A stretch of 64,000 nucleotides of DNA from Candidatus Hermodarchaeota archaeon. Lineage in GTDB: Archaea; Asgardarchaeota; Thorarchaeia; Thorarchaeales; Thorarchaeaceae. The position numbers were made by a program, and so were the translations under genes. Under the pieces are notes generated by a model that did no database searches, had not been told where the DNA came from, and worked only from the letters and a program-made list of their open reading frames with translations. This document shows positions 17,772 to 27,909 of the stretch, in pieces. Where the stretch lies: positions 89,505 to 153,504 of the forward strand of contig JBHLLF010000004.1 in assembly GCA_048885865.1 (NCBI GenBank). Direction: 5' to 3'. Position 1 is the first letter of the stretch. Each line of letters starts with the position of its first letter.

Positions 17772-18235
17772 GACAGGCATTCTTCAGGACGAGTTCCTGA
17801 TTCCTGAAACTCTTTGAAGTGTTCGAGCCACCTTGGGCTCTTTGGGGCACCTTTCACCCACTCCACGAATTGCGTGAGTTTCTCTACAGTTTCTGGATTT
17901 GCGATGTGCTCAAATTCACAAGCATCATCATCCGCAATCTCTTCATCTATGCCAATCATGCAGAAGAACCACTTGATGGTCTTGTGAGCACGATCGAGGT
18001 GCTCTGCGATCTCCTCCCCCTTGGGTGTCAGACTGACACTGCGATAACGCTCATAATTTACGAGCCCAATCTTCTTGAGCTTCTGAAGAACGTATGTCAC
18101 GCTAGGTGCCTTCACACCTCTCATCTCGGCTATATCAGTGACATTTGCAGAACCATATTTCTGTTGCAACTCGTATATTGACTCAAGGTACTGCTCCATG
18201 GCTTTTGTCATGCCTTTCAAGACCCGTTCACACAC
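17768..18235 (-). CDS. DtxR/MntR family metal-dependent transcriptional regulator
   Basis: EQYLESIY, VKAPSVT, LTPKG, DACEFEH. Confidence 0.92.
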   Translation of the reverse strand: MCERVLKGMTKAMEQYLESIYELQQKYGSANVTDIAEMRGVKAPSVTYVLQKLKKIGLVNYERYRSVSLTPKGEEIAEHLDRAHKTIKWFFCMIGIDEEIADDDACEFEHIANPETVEKLTQFVEWVKGAPKSPRWLEHFKEFQESGTRPEECLS

Positions 18236-18294
18236 CCTAGATACAAAGCAAAATACTATTTGGAAGACAGATAAAGCTTGACGAGTGCCCGGCT

Positions 18295-19827
18295 TTAGCC
18301 TTCTAATAGAGTTCCTGTGAGTCTCTCAACACTCGCGACAATGGTTCCCGAGTCTATCTTCTCTCGAATCTTTTCAATATCAGGATGCAGCGGCCGGTCG
18401 TCATCTAGTTGTGGAACGATTTCTCTGATTGCTCCAAACGCCAGTTTGAGAGGCTCAGACGGTTGCAGGGGTAATAATAGACTAAGTCCCTGTGCCGCAC
18501 ACATGTATTCTATAGCAATGACGTTCTTCACATTGTCAAGTATATCTGCAGCCTTCCGAGCTGAGATGGTTCCCATGCTCACATGATCCTCTTGGTCAGC
18601 GCTGGTTGGAATGGAATCGATGCTTGCTGGATGGGCTAGAACCTTGTTTTCTGATACAAGAGCGGCAGCTGTATATTGAGCAATCATCAAGCCAGTTTCA
18701 AGCCCGCCTTCAGTTGTCAAGAATGGAGGTAAACCACTCAGATTGGGATTGACAAGTCGATTCACTCTTCGTTCTGATATGTTAGCAATCTCTGATAGTG
18801 CAATACCCACGAAATCCATAGCTAGAGCAATGGGCTGACCGTGGAAGTTCCCCCCAGAAATTACCTCATTATCATCAGGAAACACTAGAGGGTTATCACT
18901 TGCTGAATTGATCTCGATTTCGAGTGTGGTCTGCGCATACCTAAGAGCATCAAGTGACGCACCAAGTACTTGGGGAATGCAACGCAATGAATAGGCATCA
19001 TGCACGATACCACAATCTGCATGAGATTGATTTAGCTCGCTGTCTCTGAGTATCTCAAGCATTGCACGAGCAACATCAGTCTGACCCTCGTGGCGTCTTA
19101 CATTATGAATGCGTTCATCAAACGCAGTACGTGTTCCTCTTAGTGCTTCAAGACTCATTGAGGCGGCGATACATGCATCCTTGAGGAGAGTCAAAGCGTC
19201 ATAGACGACTATTGAGCCAACTGCACACATCGGTTGAGTCCCATTAATCAGAGCTACCCCTTCCTTTGCCTGTAGCACTAGAGGTTTAATTCCTGCTCGA
19301 TTAAGACCATCTGCTCCATCAATTTGCTCACCCTTGTAGTATGCTTTACCCTCACCAATCATGACTAAAGCCATGTGCGCAAGCGGAGCAAGATCTCCGC
19401 TAGAGCCGACTGAACCTTGCTGCGGAACTACAGGAGTCACTCCAGTATTAAGCATGTCAATGAGCATCTCAATGACATCCAATCGCACTCCCGAGTATCC
19501 CTTTGCAAGAGCATTAGCTCGCAAGAGCATCATTCCTCTCACTACTTCAATGGAGAAGGGAGGACCAACTCCAGCGCAGTGACTTCGAATAAGGTTGACT
19601 TGCAGCTTCGCCAAATCCTTGGAGTCTATGCAGACATCTGACAGGTCTCCGAAGCCTGTGTTCACACCATATACAATCCGACCTTCCTTCACGGCCTTCT
19701 CGATAACATCTCTGCTACTCAGAATACCGTCAAGCGCAGCTTCGGCTAGCTCCACAGGCTCATCATTGCGAGCCACCTTCACAACATCCTCGATGGATAG
19801 ACTAATGCCATCAATGACCACAGTCAT
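18295..19827 (-). CDS. hutH: Histidine ammonia-lyase
   Basis: YGVNTGFG, GSVGSSGDLAPL (MIO), INGTQ, DAYSLRC, SGGNFHG, QEDHVSMG; start ATG 19827 after GAGGTGA. Confidence 0.96.
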   Translation of the reverse strand: MTVVIDGISLSIEDVVKVARNDEPVELAEAALDGILSSRDVIEKAVKEGRIVYGVNTGFGDLSDVCIDSKDLAKLQVNLIRSHCAGVGPPFSIEVVRGMMLLRANALAKGYSGVRLDVIEMLIDMLNTGVTPVVPQQGSVGSSGDLAPLAHMALVMIGEGKAYYKGEQIDGADGLNRAGIKPLVLQAKEGVALINGTQPMCAVGSIVVYDALTLLKDACIAASMSLEALRGTRTAFDERIHNVRRHEGQTDVARAMLEILRDSELNQSHADCGIVHDAYSLRCIPQVLGASLDALRYAQTTLEIEINSASDNPLVFPDDNEVISGGNFHGQPIALAMDFVGIALSEIANISERRVNRLVNPNLSGLPPFLTTEGGLETGLMIAQYTAAALVSENKVLAHPASIDSIPTSADQEDHVSMGTISARKAADILDNVKNVIAIEYMCAAQGLSLLLPLQPSEPLKLAFGAIREIVPQLDDDRPLHPDIEKIREKIDSGTIVASVERLTGTLLEG

Positions 19828-19972
19828 GGATTCACCTCGTGACTCCGTGCCCTTTCCTAAGGCATGTGGTCCTGCTTTAGTAATTACCGGAGAATGCTTC
19901 AAAGCGTCAATGTATCGACTGACGCAACATAATATCGAATTTGATCTGAATTTGACTGACACATACCAGGAT

Positions 19973-20671
19973 TCACTGACTGTACTCGCGGGTTCGCCAG
20001 AGGAAAGACCGTTCATAATCTGATCTATATGAGGCAGTCTTCATCAACCTCTCACTTGTAAATCGAGTTGCAGAGGTCAGATAGCCCTTAGCACCAGAAT
20101 CATGCACATTCGACTCATAGATCACATCTCGAATGTAGTTGAGATGGAATCTGTCTTGGAAAGACTCGGTGATTTCCCTCACACTCATCCTTCTTGGTCC
20201 GGTCATTCCAGGTTGCTTGACAGAGAAGCTCAACATGAAGTATGAGCCTCTGGGCCTCAGAACTCTAGCAACCTGTTCGACGTATAGCTGTCGCTCCTCA
20301 TCAGTCAGAGTATGAAAAAGTCCCGAGTCAAGCACTACATCAAACTCAGCTTCGCGGAAGTAATAGTCCAGTTCCAACACGTCACCCACTAGAAATTCGA
20401 CGTCCACATCCCTCTCGAAGGCCTTCACTTGTGCTATCTCTATTGCTCTAGGAGTGAAGTCTATGCCCACAACATCAGAGCCATTGGTAGCCAGAAATAT
20501 CGCATTCTCGCCGGTCCCGCAACCTACATCCAAGATTCTTCCTGATAACTCTCGGCTATCATGAAGGTCAACAATAGCCCGTTGTGGGCGACCTATATCC
20601 CAAGGGGGAGTTTTTTCGTAAGCACCGGTCCATCCGCTCAATCTCAAACACAGGTCTTGCAGCCCGAACAA
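19973..20671 (-). CDS. Class I SAM-dependent methyltransferase
   Basis: PPWDIGRPQ, ILDVGCGTG, VLDSGLFH; the true start may be slightly downstream. Confidence 0.9.
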   Translation of the reverse strand: MFGLQDLCLRLSGWTGAYEKTPPWDIGRPQRAIVDLHDSRELSGRILDVGCGTGENAIFLATNGSDVVGIDFTPRAIEIAQVKAFERDVDVEFLVGDVLELDYYFREAEFDVVLDSGLFHTLTDEERQLYVEQVARVLRPRGSYFMLSFSVKQPGMTGPRRMSVREITESFQDRFHLNYIRDVIYESNVHDSGAKGYLTSATRFTSERLMKTASYRSDYERSFLWRTREYSQ

Positions 20672-20707
20672 TAGTTAATATTCTTTGGTTAGGGGATGCA
20701 ACAATGA

Positions 20708-22759
20708 TTATCGAAGCATTTTCTTCACAATACTCTCTACAAGTCCTTCTTCTGGCACGTAGGGCAGAGTAATCTGACCTTTGTTGCTCATCAACTTGTT
20801 CCATTCAATCACAGTTTCAATCGAATGGTCATTTCTAGCCCATGCCCGTCTAGCGACTCCTCCCATCACATCCCAATCAAGGCCAAGGCGGATAATGTTG
20901 TCTACTCTCTCACTTCCATCAAGCACAAGGCCAAAGCCGCCATTGATGGCTTTCCCGGTACCTACGCCGCCTCCATTTGATAGAACACAGAGAGTCATTC
21001 CTCTTGCTGCGTTCCCAGCCCAGATTTGATGAGCCATGTCACTTGTTACATTGCTTCCATCATGAATGTTCGCAGTTTCTCTGAAAGGAGAGTCTGTACC
21101 ACCTGTATCATGATGGTCCCTCCCCATCATGACAGGGCCAATCTCACCCTCGCGGACCTCCTTATTGAACTCCAACGCAATTCTGACTCGTCCAGCCGCA
21201 TCAGCATAGAGAATTCTTGCCTGAGAGCCAACAACCAAATCGTTCTTCTCAGCATCTCGAATCCAGACGAAATTATCTCGATCCTGACCTCTTCTTGCTG
21301 GGTCTATACAAGACATAGCAGTCTGGTCGGTCTTAATCAAGTCTTCATGCTTGCCGCTCAGACATACCCAACGAAATGGGCCATACCCATAGTCGAAACA
21401 GATCGGTCCCATGATGTCTTCCACATAAGAGGGGAATATGAAACCGTCATCAGGATTCTTACCGTTCTTTGCGATGGCTGTCACCCCAGCGTCGAACACT
21501 GCTTTCATGAAGCTATTGCCATAGTCCCAGAAGAATGAGCCTCGTTTCGTAATCTTCTGAATGAGTTCAAACTGCAGTTTCAGTGATTTGTCAACGAGAA
21601 CCTTGAATTCTGCTCGATCTGTTCTCAGTAGCTCTCGACCCTGTTCAAAGGTCAGTCCTTGGGGAGTGTATCCACCATTATAGACATCATGACAGGATGT
21701 CTGGTCCGAAGAGAGATCAATTGGTATCTCATTATCTGCAACATACTTCCATAGATCGACAACATTTCCATAGTAGCCAATCGAGATAGGCTCGTTCTGT
21801 TCCTTGTATTCTTCAACCCATTCGAAAATCTCTGCCAAATCAGCAGAATACTTGCTCAGCCAACCCTGTTCGTGGCGGGTTTCAATGCGACTTTTATCCA
21901 CTTCTGCAATAAGACCTATGCCACCTGCAATCTCGATTGCTTTCGCCTGGGCACCGCTCATCCCACCAAGCCCTGAGGTCAAAAACGTCCGACCTCGAAG
22001 GTCTCTGTCTTCAGGTAGTTCCAAATATAGCCTTCCGGCATTGAGTAATGTAATGTAGGTCCCATGGACTATACCTTGCGGACCAATATACATCCAGCCT
22101 CCAGCTGTCATCTGCCCGTAATTTGCGACCCCCATCGCTGCAGCTCTGTGGAACCCATCGAGGGTGTCATACATGCCAACCATGAGCCCGTTTGTCGTGA
22201 TTGCACGCGGAGCAAGCTTGTGAGAAGGGAATAGACCGACCGGATGGCCGGAACTTACAACAAGAGTCTGTTCATCTGTCATTGTTTCCAGATACTGCTT
22301 GATGAGCCTGTACTGCATCCAGTTCTGGCAGACCTGTCCGCTCTCTCCATAAGTCACGAGTTCGTAGGGATATAGCGCTACATCGAAGTCCAAGTTATTG
22401 TCAATCATGACTTGTAGTGCTCTGGCTTCTAGGATTCCCTTGTACTCTTCTACTGGCAGCGCTTTGATGGGCCCTGGAGGACGATAACGGTACCCATAGA
22501 TCCGCCCTCTGGTCATCAACTCATTCAAGAATTCTGGAGCGAGTGTTTCGTGAAGATTTGCTGGAATGTATCTAAGAGCGTTCTTAAGCGCTATCACAGT
22601 ATCAGATTCGGATAGAGTGTATCCTCTATTCGGGGCTCTCCTGTATCGTACATCAAACTCTGGATATGGGGGTAGCTCTTGAGGGAGCTTAATGGTCATC
22701 GCCTTGGACACATCAAATGTCACAATATCACATCCCGCAGTGAGGTTCTCAATATGCAC
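20708..22759 (-). CDS. hutU: Urocanate hydratase (long ~670 aa form)
   Basis: YGQMTAGGWMYIGPQGIVHGT, GLGGMSGAQ, DQTSCH, GPFRWV, GRDHHD; likely start MTIKL at 22699. Confidence 0.96.
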   Translation of the reverse strand: MHIENLTAGCDIVTFDVSKAMTIKLPQELPPYPEFDVRYRRAPNRGYTLSESDTVIALKNALRYIPANLHETLAPEFLNELMTRGRIYGYRYRPPGPIKALPVEEYKGILEARALQVMIDNNLDFDVALYPYELVTYGESGQVCQNWMQYRLIKQYLETMTDEQTLVVSSGHPVGLFPSHKLAPRAITTNGLMVGMYDTLDGFHRAAAMGVANYGQMTAGGWMYIGPQGIVHGTYITLLNAGRLYLELPEDRDLRGRTFLTSGLGGMSGAQAKAIEIAGGIGLIAEVDKSRIETRHEQGWLSKYSADLAEIFEWVEEYKEQNEPISIGYYGNVVDLWKYVADNEIPIDLSSDQTSCHDVYNGGYTPQGLTFEQGRELLRTDRAEFKVLVDKSLKLQFELIQKITKRGSFFWDYGNSFMKAVFDAGVTAIAKNGKNPDDGFIFPSYVEDIMGPICFDYGYGPFRWVCLSGKHEDLIKTDQTAMSCIDPARRGQDRDNFVWIRDAEKNDLVVGSQARILYADAAGRVRIALEFNKEVREGEIGPVMMGRDHHDTGGTDSPFRETANIHDGSNVTSDMAHQIWAGNAARGMTLCVLSNGGGVGTGKAINGGFGLVLDGSERVDNIIRLGLDWDVMGGVARRAWARNDHSIETVIEWNKLMSNKGQITLPYVPEEGLVESIVKKMLR

Positions 22760-22821
22760 TTCCTCATAAACAAGTCGTCTATTGGTATATCAGTTGAATG
22801 TGCCAGAGAAAGAGAGTATGA

Positions 22822-22868
22822 CCCCACATGAAGCCATTTGCCTGCATGCACAGGCGTATCCTGTGGGG
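22822..22868 (-). terminator. Two-part stem-loop after the small wHTH gene
   Basis: ccccaca...gcctg-N6-caggc...tgtgggg, followed on the minus strand by a pyrimidine-rich tract. Confidence 0.45.
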
Positions 22869-22869
22869 C

Positions 22870-23124
22870 TTATACCGGGACTCTGCCGTGCCTAAGAAAG
22901 ACCGCTCTGGCCCGCTCATTGTCAGCAATATATAGGGGCTGACGCATGTCACTCAGATTGGGAATTCTGCGACATAGCTGTCCCTTTCGCAAATGGCGTA
23001 GGGCAAAGGAAACCGTCCTAAGTGGAAGGTTGGCCTTCTTGCTTATCACTTTAGGCGAGTGGGGGCCTCTCTTTGTAAGAAAATCGAGTACTATCAGCGC
23101 ACTCATAGGCAACTCCATAGTCAT
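22870..23124 (-). CDS. Small winged-helix DNA-binding protein
   Basis: LPMSALIVL...LPLRTVSFALRHL...PNLSDMRQPLY, typical archaeal small wHTH. Confidence 0.8.
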   Translation of the reverse strand: MTMELPMSALIVLDFLTKRGPHSPKVISKKANLPLRTVSFALRHLRKGQLCRRIPNLSDMRQPLYIADNERARAVFLRHGRVPV

Positions 23125-23143
23125 TTTTTAACCACCTTTCACT

Positions 23144-23647
23144 TTATGATGTATACTTGAATGGGGAGATGACAGAACTCTCAGCACTCCATGGAACACA
23201 TTCAGAAGGAGGAGAAAGTAATTCGAAGAATTCCTGACGGGGGGATTCCTGAAGGTCTCTAGACGCTGTCCAGAGACATTCTTGTCCGATTAACTCAAGA
23301 GTGAATCCTTCATCCTGGAGAAGTGTCATATAACGAAGATGCTCAATAACTTGATCTGCAAGCACCTTTGTGTCTGCTTCTTTCAAATCATCCTTTTCGC
23401 GAATACCTGTTGACACCTTTGTGCTTCGCGCAGGAAGTGACAGTTCAACCTCGATTGAAACCAGATTAGCAGGATCTTGACGCTGAATCACGAGGATACG
23501 AACCCATTCAGACTGACAGAGTATAGCCACTGATTCACCATGCTCGTTGAATCTCAGCTCCTTTATTGGAGTCGCAAGGATTTGCTCGTATCTCTTGTTC
23601 AATTCTGAGGGGTCTGTCATCTCTTTTCCCGTTACAAGATAACTCAT
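23144..23647 (-). CDS. Hypothetical protein
   Basis: Fills the gap co-oriented with its neighbours; no family recognised. Confidence 0.6.
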   Translation of the reverse strand: MSYLVTGKEMTDPSELNKRYEQILATPIKELRFNEHGESVAILCQSEWVRILVIQRQDPANLVSIEVELSLPARSTKVSTGIREKDDLKEADTKVLADQVIEHLRYMTLLQDEGFTLELIGQECLWTASRDLQESPRQEFFELLSPPSECVPWSAESSVISPFKYTS

Positions 23648-23747
23648 GGAAAGAATATCTATGCTCGGGAGATGTGGGATTCCTGTTTGTGCGTGCCAGC
23701 ATATGAAAAAAGCAAGAATCCGAATTCGCTGGTTCGGAAATAGGCAA

Positions 23748-24314
23748 TTAGACTATATCCTTGATGATGGTGTTGTCTTGAATTGTCCCCCACGCACAGA
23801 ATCTCAGTCTTTGCCATCTGGAGAACACATCATCGGCTCCTAGGAGATCTGCAAAATGCATTGAAAGAACTAGTCCATGAGAGATGAGGAGCCCCTCTCT
23901 GAAACTGCCCTCGTTTGTTATTCGCTCTAGTCCTGATTGAAAGCGGTTCAAGGCCTGCTCTCCCGATTCCCAGCCAGGTACTTTAATCGATTCTTTCAGA
24001 GTCCGCTCCACGGAATGCAGGTATTCCGTGTTGGAGAGAAGTTCCTTTCCTCTGTCAAGCTCCCTAAGCTCAGAATATTCCAGAATCTCAATTCCGAGTC
24101 TATCAGCAAAAGGGCGTGCTGTCTGTAATGCTTTGCCTTCAGTAGACGAAAAGATGCAATCGACAGAATCAAAGATGCCCGCTGAGGCAAGCGACTCAGC
24201 CTGGTGAAGGCCTTCCTTGGTGAGCAGCCAATCAGAGGCTTGAACTTTATGGTCAACCGCTGTTTCAGCATGCCTCATTAGATGTAGGATTTGAGTCATG
24301 ATAGGTGTCATCAA
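23748..24314 (-). CDS. Histidine phosphatase (phosphoglycerate mutase) family protein
   Basis: LMRHAE, SST..KA.QTA, LRE, LISHG. Confidence 0.88.
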   Translation of the reverse strand: MMTPIMTQILHLMRHAETAVDHKVQASDWLLTKEGLHQAESLASAGIFDSVDCIFSSTEGKALQTARPFADRLGIEILEYSELRELDRGKELLSNTEYLHSVERTLKESIKVPGWESGEQALNRFQSGLERITNEGSFREGLLISHGLVLSMHFADLLGADDVFSRWQRLRFCAWGTIQDNTIIKDIV

Positions 24315-24411
24315 GGCATCGGCAAAGCCGCCAAATGATTGTATCGTTCACCTTTGGATTTATCATTTGGATTGATTGAAGAAAGGCTTTGACTGATACG
24401 GAGGTGATAGG

Positions 24412-24783
24412 ATGGCCGGAATCATATTCTTTCGAACCAAAGATCTTGATACAATAATTCAGTTCTATACAGAAAGACTGGGGATGATTGTCTGGCTTGA
24501 GCAGAAAGGGTGCACGATTCTGAATCATGGCAATCTTCTGCTCGGATTCTGCCAAAAGGACGTGTGTGAATCCGAAGGTGTGATCACTTTCTTTGTAGAA
24601 GATAAAGAAGAAATAGACACAATATACAATGATCTTCAGGACATTGCTACAACATTACCGGTGGAAAATCATCTGTATAAGATATACCAATTCTATGCCT
24701 TGGATCCAGAGGGTAGGACCTTAGAGTTTCAATCGTTCCTGCATGAGCTAGAACCGATTAATGTTGAGCAATTCCTGCATTAA
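24412..24783 (+). CDS. VOC/glyoxalase family protein
   Basis: FYTERLG...FYALDPEGRTLEFQ. Confidence 0.88.
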   Translation: MAGIIFFRTKDLDTIIQFYTERLGMIVWLEQKGCTILNHGNLLLGFCQKDVCESEGVITFFVEDKEEIDTIYNDLQDIATTLPVENHLYKIYQFYALDPEGRTLEFQSFLHELEPINVEQFLH

Positions 24784-24797
24784 TTATCGGAAAATGT

Positions 24798-25391
24798 CTA
24801 GAGAGCAACAAAGGCACTTGTGGCACTATCCCAGCCAAGATTCTTTGCCTTCTTGAAGGCCTCACTGGATTCCTTATGCTTCCCAAGAAGCCAAAGAACA
24901 AGCCGTAGTTTATTCCAAAGGTCGGGATTATTTGGGTCGCCCTTGATTTCTTTTCTCACACCTTTCTCAATTTCCTTGTAGGTCTTGATCTCCATCTTGC
25001 GCTCGCTCTTAGCAGCTTCGAGAACTCCATGGATATGATCTGGCGAACGCACAAACTGGTAGGATAGAAACTCCGCAGGAGCGCCCTTTATTGCGCTATT
25101 GAGTGCGGACTGGGGAGTGTCAGCAGCTCGCCATAGTTCACCATCAACCAATTGTTTCTCACAGCCTCCTTGCATGAACTCAAGAAGTAACTCCAAATGC
25201 GTAGTGACTGGATGGTCCTCTCCCAACAAGTGTTGAGCTTGAGACCACTCAAAATAGACTACTTCGCGACCGATATTGTCAAGAACTCTGGGAGAGCAAC
25301 CTATCTTCTTCAAATCAGCGACTAGATTCTTGACTGTATACTTCTTCCTCTTCGTGAGTTTGGCAGACTTTTTCTTGGACAAGCTCCTCAC
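24798..25391 (-). CDS. Hypothetical protein with C-terminal TPR-like repeat
   Basis: DPNNPDLWNKLRLVLWLLGKHKESSEAFKKAKNLG. Confidence 0.65.
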   Translation of the reverse strand: MRSLSKKKSAKLTKRKKYTVKNLVADLKKIGCSPRVLDNIGREVVYFEWSQAQHLLGEDHPVTTHLELLLEFMQGGCEKQLVDGELWRAADTPQSALNSAIKGAPAEFLSYQFVRSPDHIHGVLEAAKSERKMEIKTYKEIEKGVRKEIKGDPNNPDLWNKLRLVLWLLGKHKESSEAFKKAKNLGWDSATSAFVAL

Positions 25392-25456
25392 CTACTGAAG
25401 CACTCTATCAATTACTTCTAGGATTAGATAAATGAAATCCATATGGACTATAAACA

Positions 25457-26230
25457 CTAGAACGGCAACTGAAACAGCATCCATAATGGAAGTGGAACAA
25501 AAAACTTAACGTAGATACCACCCATTAGCACGAAAAGTGATACAAGTAGGACCGCCCAGTCCCTTCTTCTGAATCTCAATAGCTCCATATATGTTCGGTT
25601 CCCACTTGCTCCGAATCCCCTCGATTCCATACTCTCAGCCACAGACAATGCTCTTCTTATTGAAACAATAATCAGGGGAACAATGATTGGTACTATATTG
25701 CGAATGCGCTTCAGAATGTTGCCTTTGTCCAATTCCACCCCACGAGCCTTCTGCGCATCCATGATTGCATAGGCTTCCTGTCCGAGGGTAGGAACATACC
25801 GCATCGCCATACTCATAGCAAATGCGAACTCGAATCGAACCCGCATCTGAATAAGGGATTGAGCAAGTTGGTCGGGATGCACTGTCAAAAAGAAGATTGA
25901 GAAGGAAGTCATCAACGCAAGAAGTCTGATGGCTAATGCTATTGAATGCGAGAATGGATTTTCAACAGTTGAAAGTAGTGTGTTAAAGATGACAATGAAG
26001 AGCAAGAGATAGGACATTCCCTTCATGCTGCGTGCCCATCTTCGGAGGGATTTAGCTGCAGCGAGAACGGGAATCATTGTCATTAGAATGATTATCAGTG
26101 GAACAATGTTCAGAAAGAGGAGAGAGATGACAGCAAGAGTGAAAGCTAACATCATTTTTGACCGTGGATCTAGATCATGGACAAGAGAAGCTTGGCGAGT
26201 ATACTGAAACACTTCAAGAAATGACATCAT
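25457..26230 (-). CDS. ecfT: ECF transporter transmembrane T component
   Basis: LDPRSK, MRYVP, AQKARG and MESRGF motifs. Confidence 0.93.
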   Translation of the reverse strand: MMSFLEVFQYTRQASLVHDLDPRSKMMLAFTLAVISLLFLNIVPLIIILMTMIPVLAAAKSLRRWARSMKGMSYLLLFIVIFNTLLSTVENPFSHSIALAIRLLALMTSFSIFFLTVHPDQLAQSLIQMRVRFEFAFAMSMAMRYVPTLGQEAYAIMDAQKARGVELDKGNILKRIRNIVPIIVPLIIVSIRRALSVAESMESRGFGASGNRTYMELLRFRRRDWAVLLVSLFVLMGGIYVKFFVPLPLWMLFQLPF

Positions 26231-27054
26231 GTCGTACCTCCTAGTATCTCAGAAACCGTGTCCTCCAATTCTGATAGCAGCGATAGACGTTCAGGCACCT
26301 GTGGAAAAACTCTATGAAGCGCTCGTGCTGCGACTGTTAGTTGTGGTGGTGTCAGAGAACAGCGCTCCAGAACATCATCGTTACTCAAGACAGCACCGGT
26401 CGAACCGTCCGCGACAATTCTTCCCTCAGCCATTGCTATGGTTCTTGGAAAGTTTTCAATAACGAACTCAACATCATGAGTCACAACAATAACAGTGCGA
26501 CCTCGTTCATTGAGGTCCATCAACATACGAGCAAGTCGTTCTTTCTGGTGTGCATCCTGTCCAATGGTTGGTTCGTCTAGTGCAAGAACTCCTGGCTCCG
26601 TCGCTAATACTGTTGCTAATGCCACACGCTTTCTCTCGCCTCCGGAAAGAGCAAAGGGAGATCTCTCTGCAAAACCCTCCAGTCCAAGATCTCGAAGTGT
26701 CTTGACACACTGTTCCTCGGCCTCCTCTGGAGTAAAGCCCAGGTTCTTCAGTCCAAATTCAATCTCTTTCTTCACACTATCAAGGAACAGCTGGTGGTCC
26801 GGGTTCTGCCAGACAAGTCCAACAGTCCTAGAGAGTTCTGCGATTGAGAGAAACTTTGCATCGACACCATCCACGATTACCCTCCCTTCCTGAGGTCGTA
26901 GAAGCCCATTCATATGCTTGATTAGAGTCGTTTTTCCTGCTCCATTAGTTCCCATAATTGCAACTCTTTCGCCCTTCTCAATCTGTAAAGAGACTCCTCG
27001 GAGAGCTGTATAGATGCCATCATAGGAGTAATGCACATCCTCCACAATTATCAA
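26227..27054 (-). CDS. ecfA2: ECF transporter ATPase (A')
   Basis: GTNGAGKT, QNPDHQ, LSGGERKR, LDEPT. Confidence 0.9.
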   Translation of the reverse strand: MIIVEDVHYSYDGIYTALRGVSLQIEKGERVAIMGTNGAGKTTLIKHMNGLLRPQEGRVIVDGVDAKFLSIAELSRTVGLVWQNPDHQLFLDSVKKEIEFGLKNLGFTPEEAEEQCVKTLRDLGLEGFAERSPFALSGGERKRVALATVLATEPGVLALDEPTIGQDAHQKERLARMLMDLNERGRTVIVVTHDVEFVIENFPRTIAMAEGRIVADGSTGAVLSNDDVLERCSLTPPQLTVAARALHRVFPQVPERLSLLSELEDTVSEILGGTT

Positions 27055-27899
27055 TGATGGCGCACCTCCCCGACTAACGCTGCAAGCTCTTCACCAGTGA
27101 GAGGAACTCGGCCTAATTCTATGCCCTTAGCCTGAAGTCGCCTGTACACCTGAGTTGCTTTTGGAATCCCTATTCCAATCTCCATTGAGATGTCCATAGG
27201 CAGAATATCTCGCGGTGGTCCATCAGCCACAATTTGCCCCTTATCCATCAGGATTACTCTAGATGCATCCTTAGCCACCAGGTCAAGTCTATGCTCCACG
27301 AGAAGGACTGTCATTCCATTTCGTTTGTTAAGCTCTGCAATGATATCTAGTATCAGTTCAGCACTCTTTGGATCCAGATTTGAAGTTGGCTCATCAGCCA
27401 CTAACACTTTGGGCTTGAGAGCCAATGTTGCAGCCATAGCGAGTCGCTGCTGTTCGCCTCCGCTCATCTCATGTGGATGTTTCTCTCGTAGATGTTCAAG
27501 ATTCAGAAGGTCAATAATCTCCTCGACACGCGTTCTGACCTCCTGTGGAGACACACCAAGATTCTCGGGTCCAAATGCAATCTCCTTCTCCACATTCAGT
27601 GTGACTAGCTGGTTGGCTGGATTTTGAAAAACCAAGCCTACTGTTGAGGCCAGTTGAGCAACAGTTGCTTCGCGTGTGTTTTGCCCGTCCACGTACACAT
27701 TACCTGCAATATATCCTCGATGAAAATGCGGCACCAGCCCGTTGATAGCTCGACACAGAGTAGTTTTGCCACATCCAGATGGCCCCGTTATAACAACATA
27801 TTCCCCTTCATTGACTGATGCATTCACCTTACGCAGAGCAAGGAAATCAGCTCCCAGATATTTAAAGCTGAAATCCGCGAACTCGACCAAGGCCATCAA
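27051..27899 (-). CDS. ecfA1: ECF transporter ATPase (A)
   Basis: GPSGCGKT, QNPANQ, MSGGEQQR, DEPT, VEH. Confidence 0.9.
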   Translation of the reverse strand: MMALVEFADFSFKYLGADFLALRKVNASVNEGEYVVITGPSGCGKTTLCRAINGLVPHFHRGYIAGNVYVDGQNTREATVAQLASTVGLVFQNPANQLVTLNVEKEIAFGPENLGVSPQEVRTRVEEIIDLLNLEHLREKHPHEMSGGEQQRLAMAATLALKPKVLVADEPTSNLDPKSAELILDIIAELNKRNGMTVLLVEHRLDLVAKDASRVILMDKGQIVADGPPRDILPMDISMEIGIGIPKATQVYRRLQAKGIELGRVPLTGEELAALVGEVRHH

Positions 27900-27909
27900 C
27901 CAACGCCTC

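Noticed and set aside
19828-20016. N-terminal extension of HutH in the ORF track
   Set aside because: It overlaps the upstream gene and has no HutH similarity; the SD-preceded ATG at 19827 is the better start
22822-22868. Stem-loop as a SECIS element or ncRNA
   Set aside because: No paired AUGA/GA core and no nearby UGA-containing gene; better explained as a terminator
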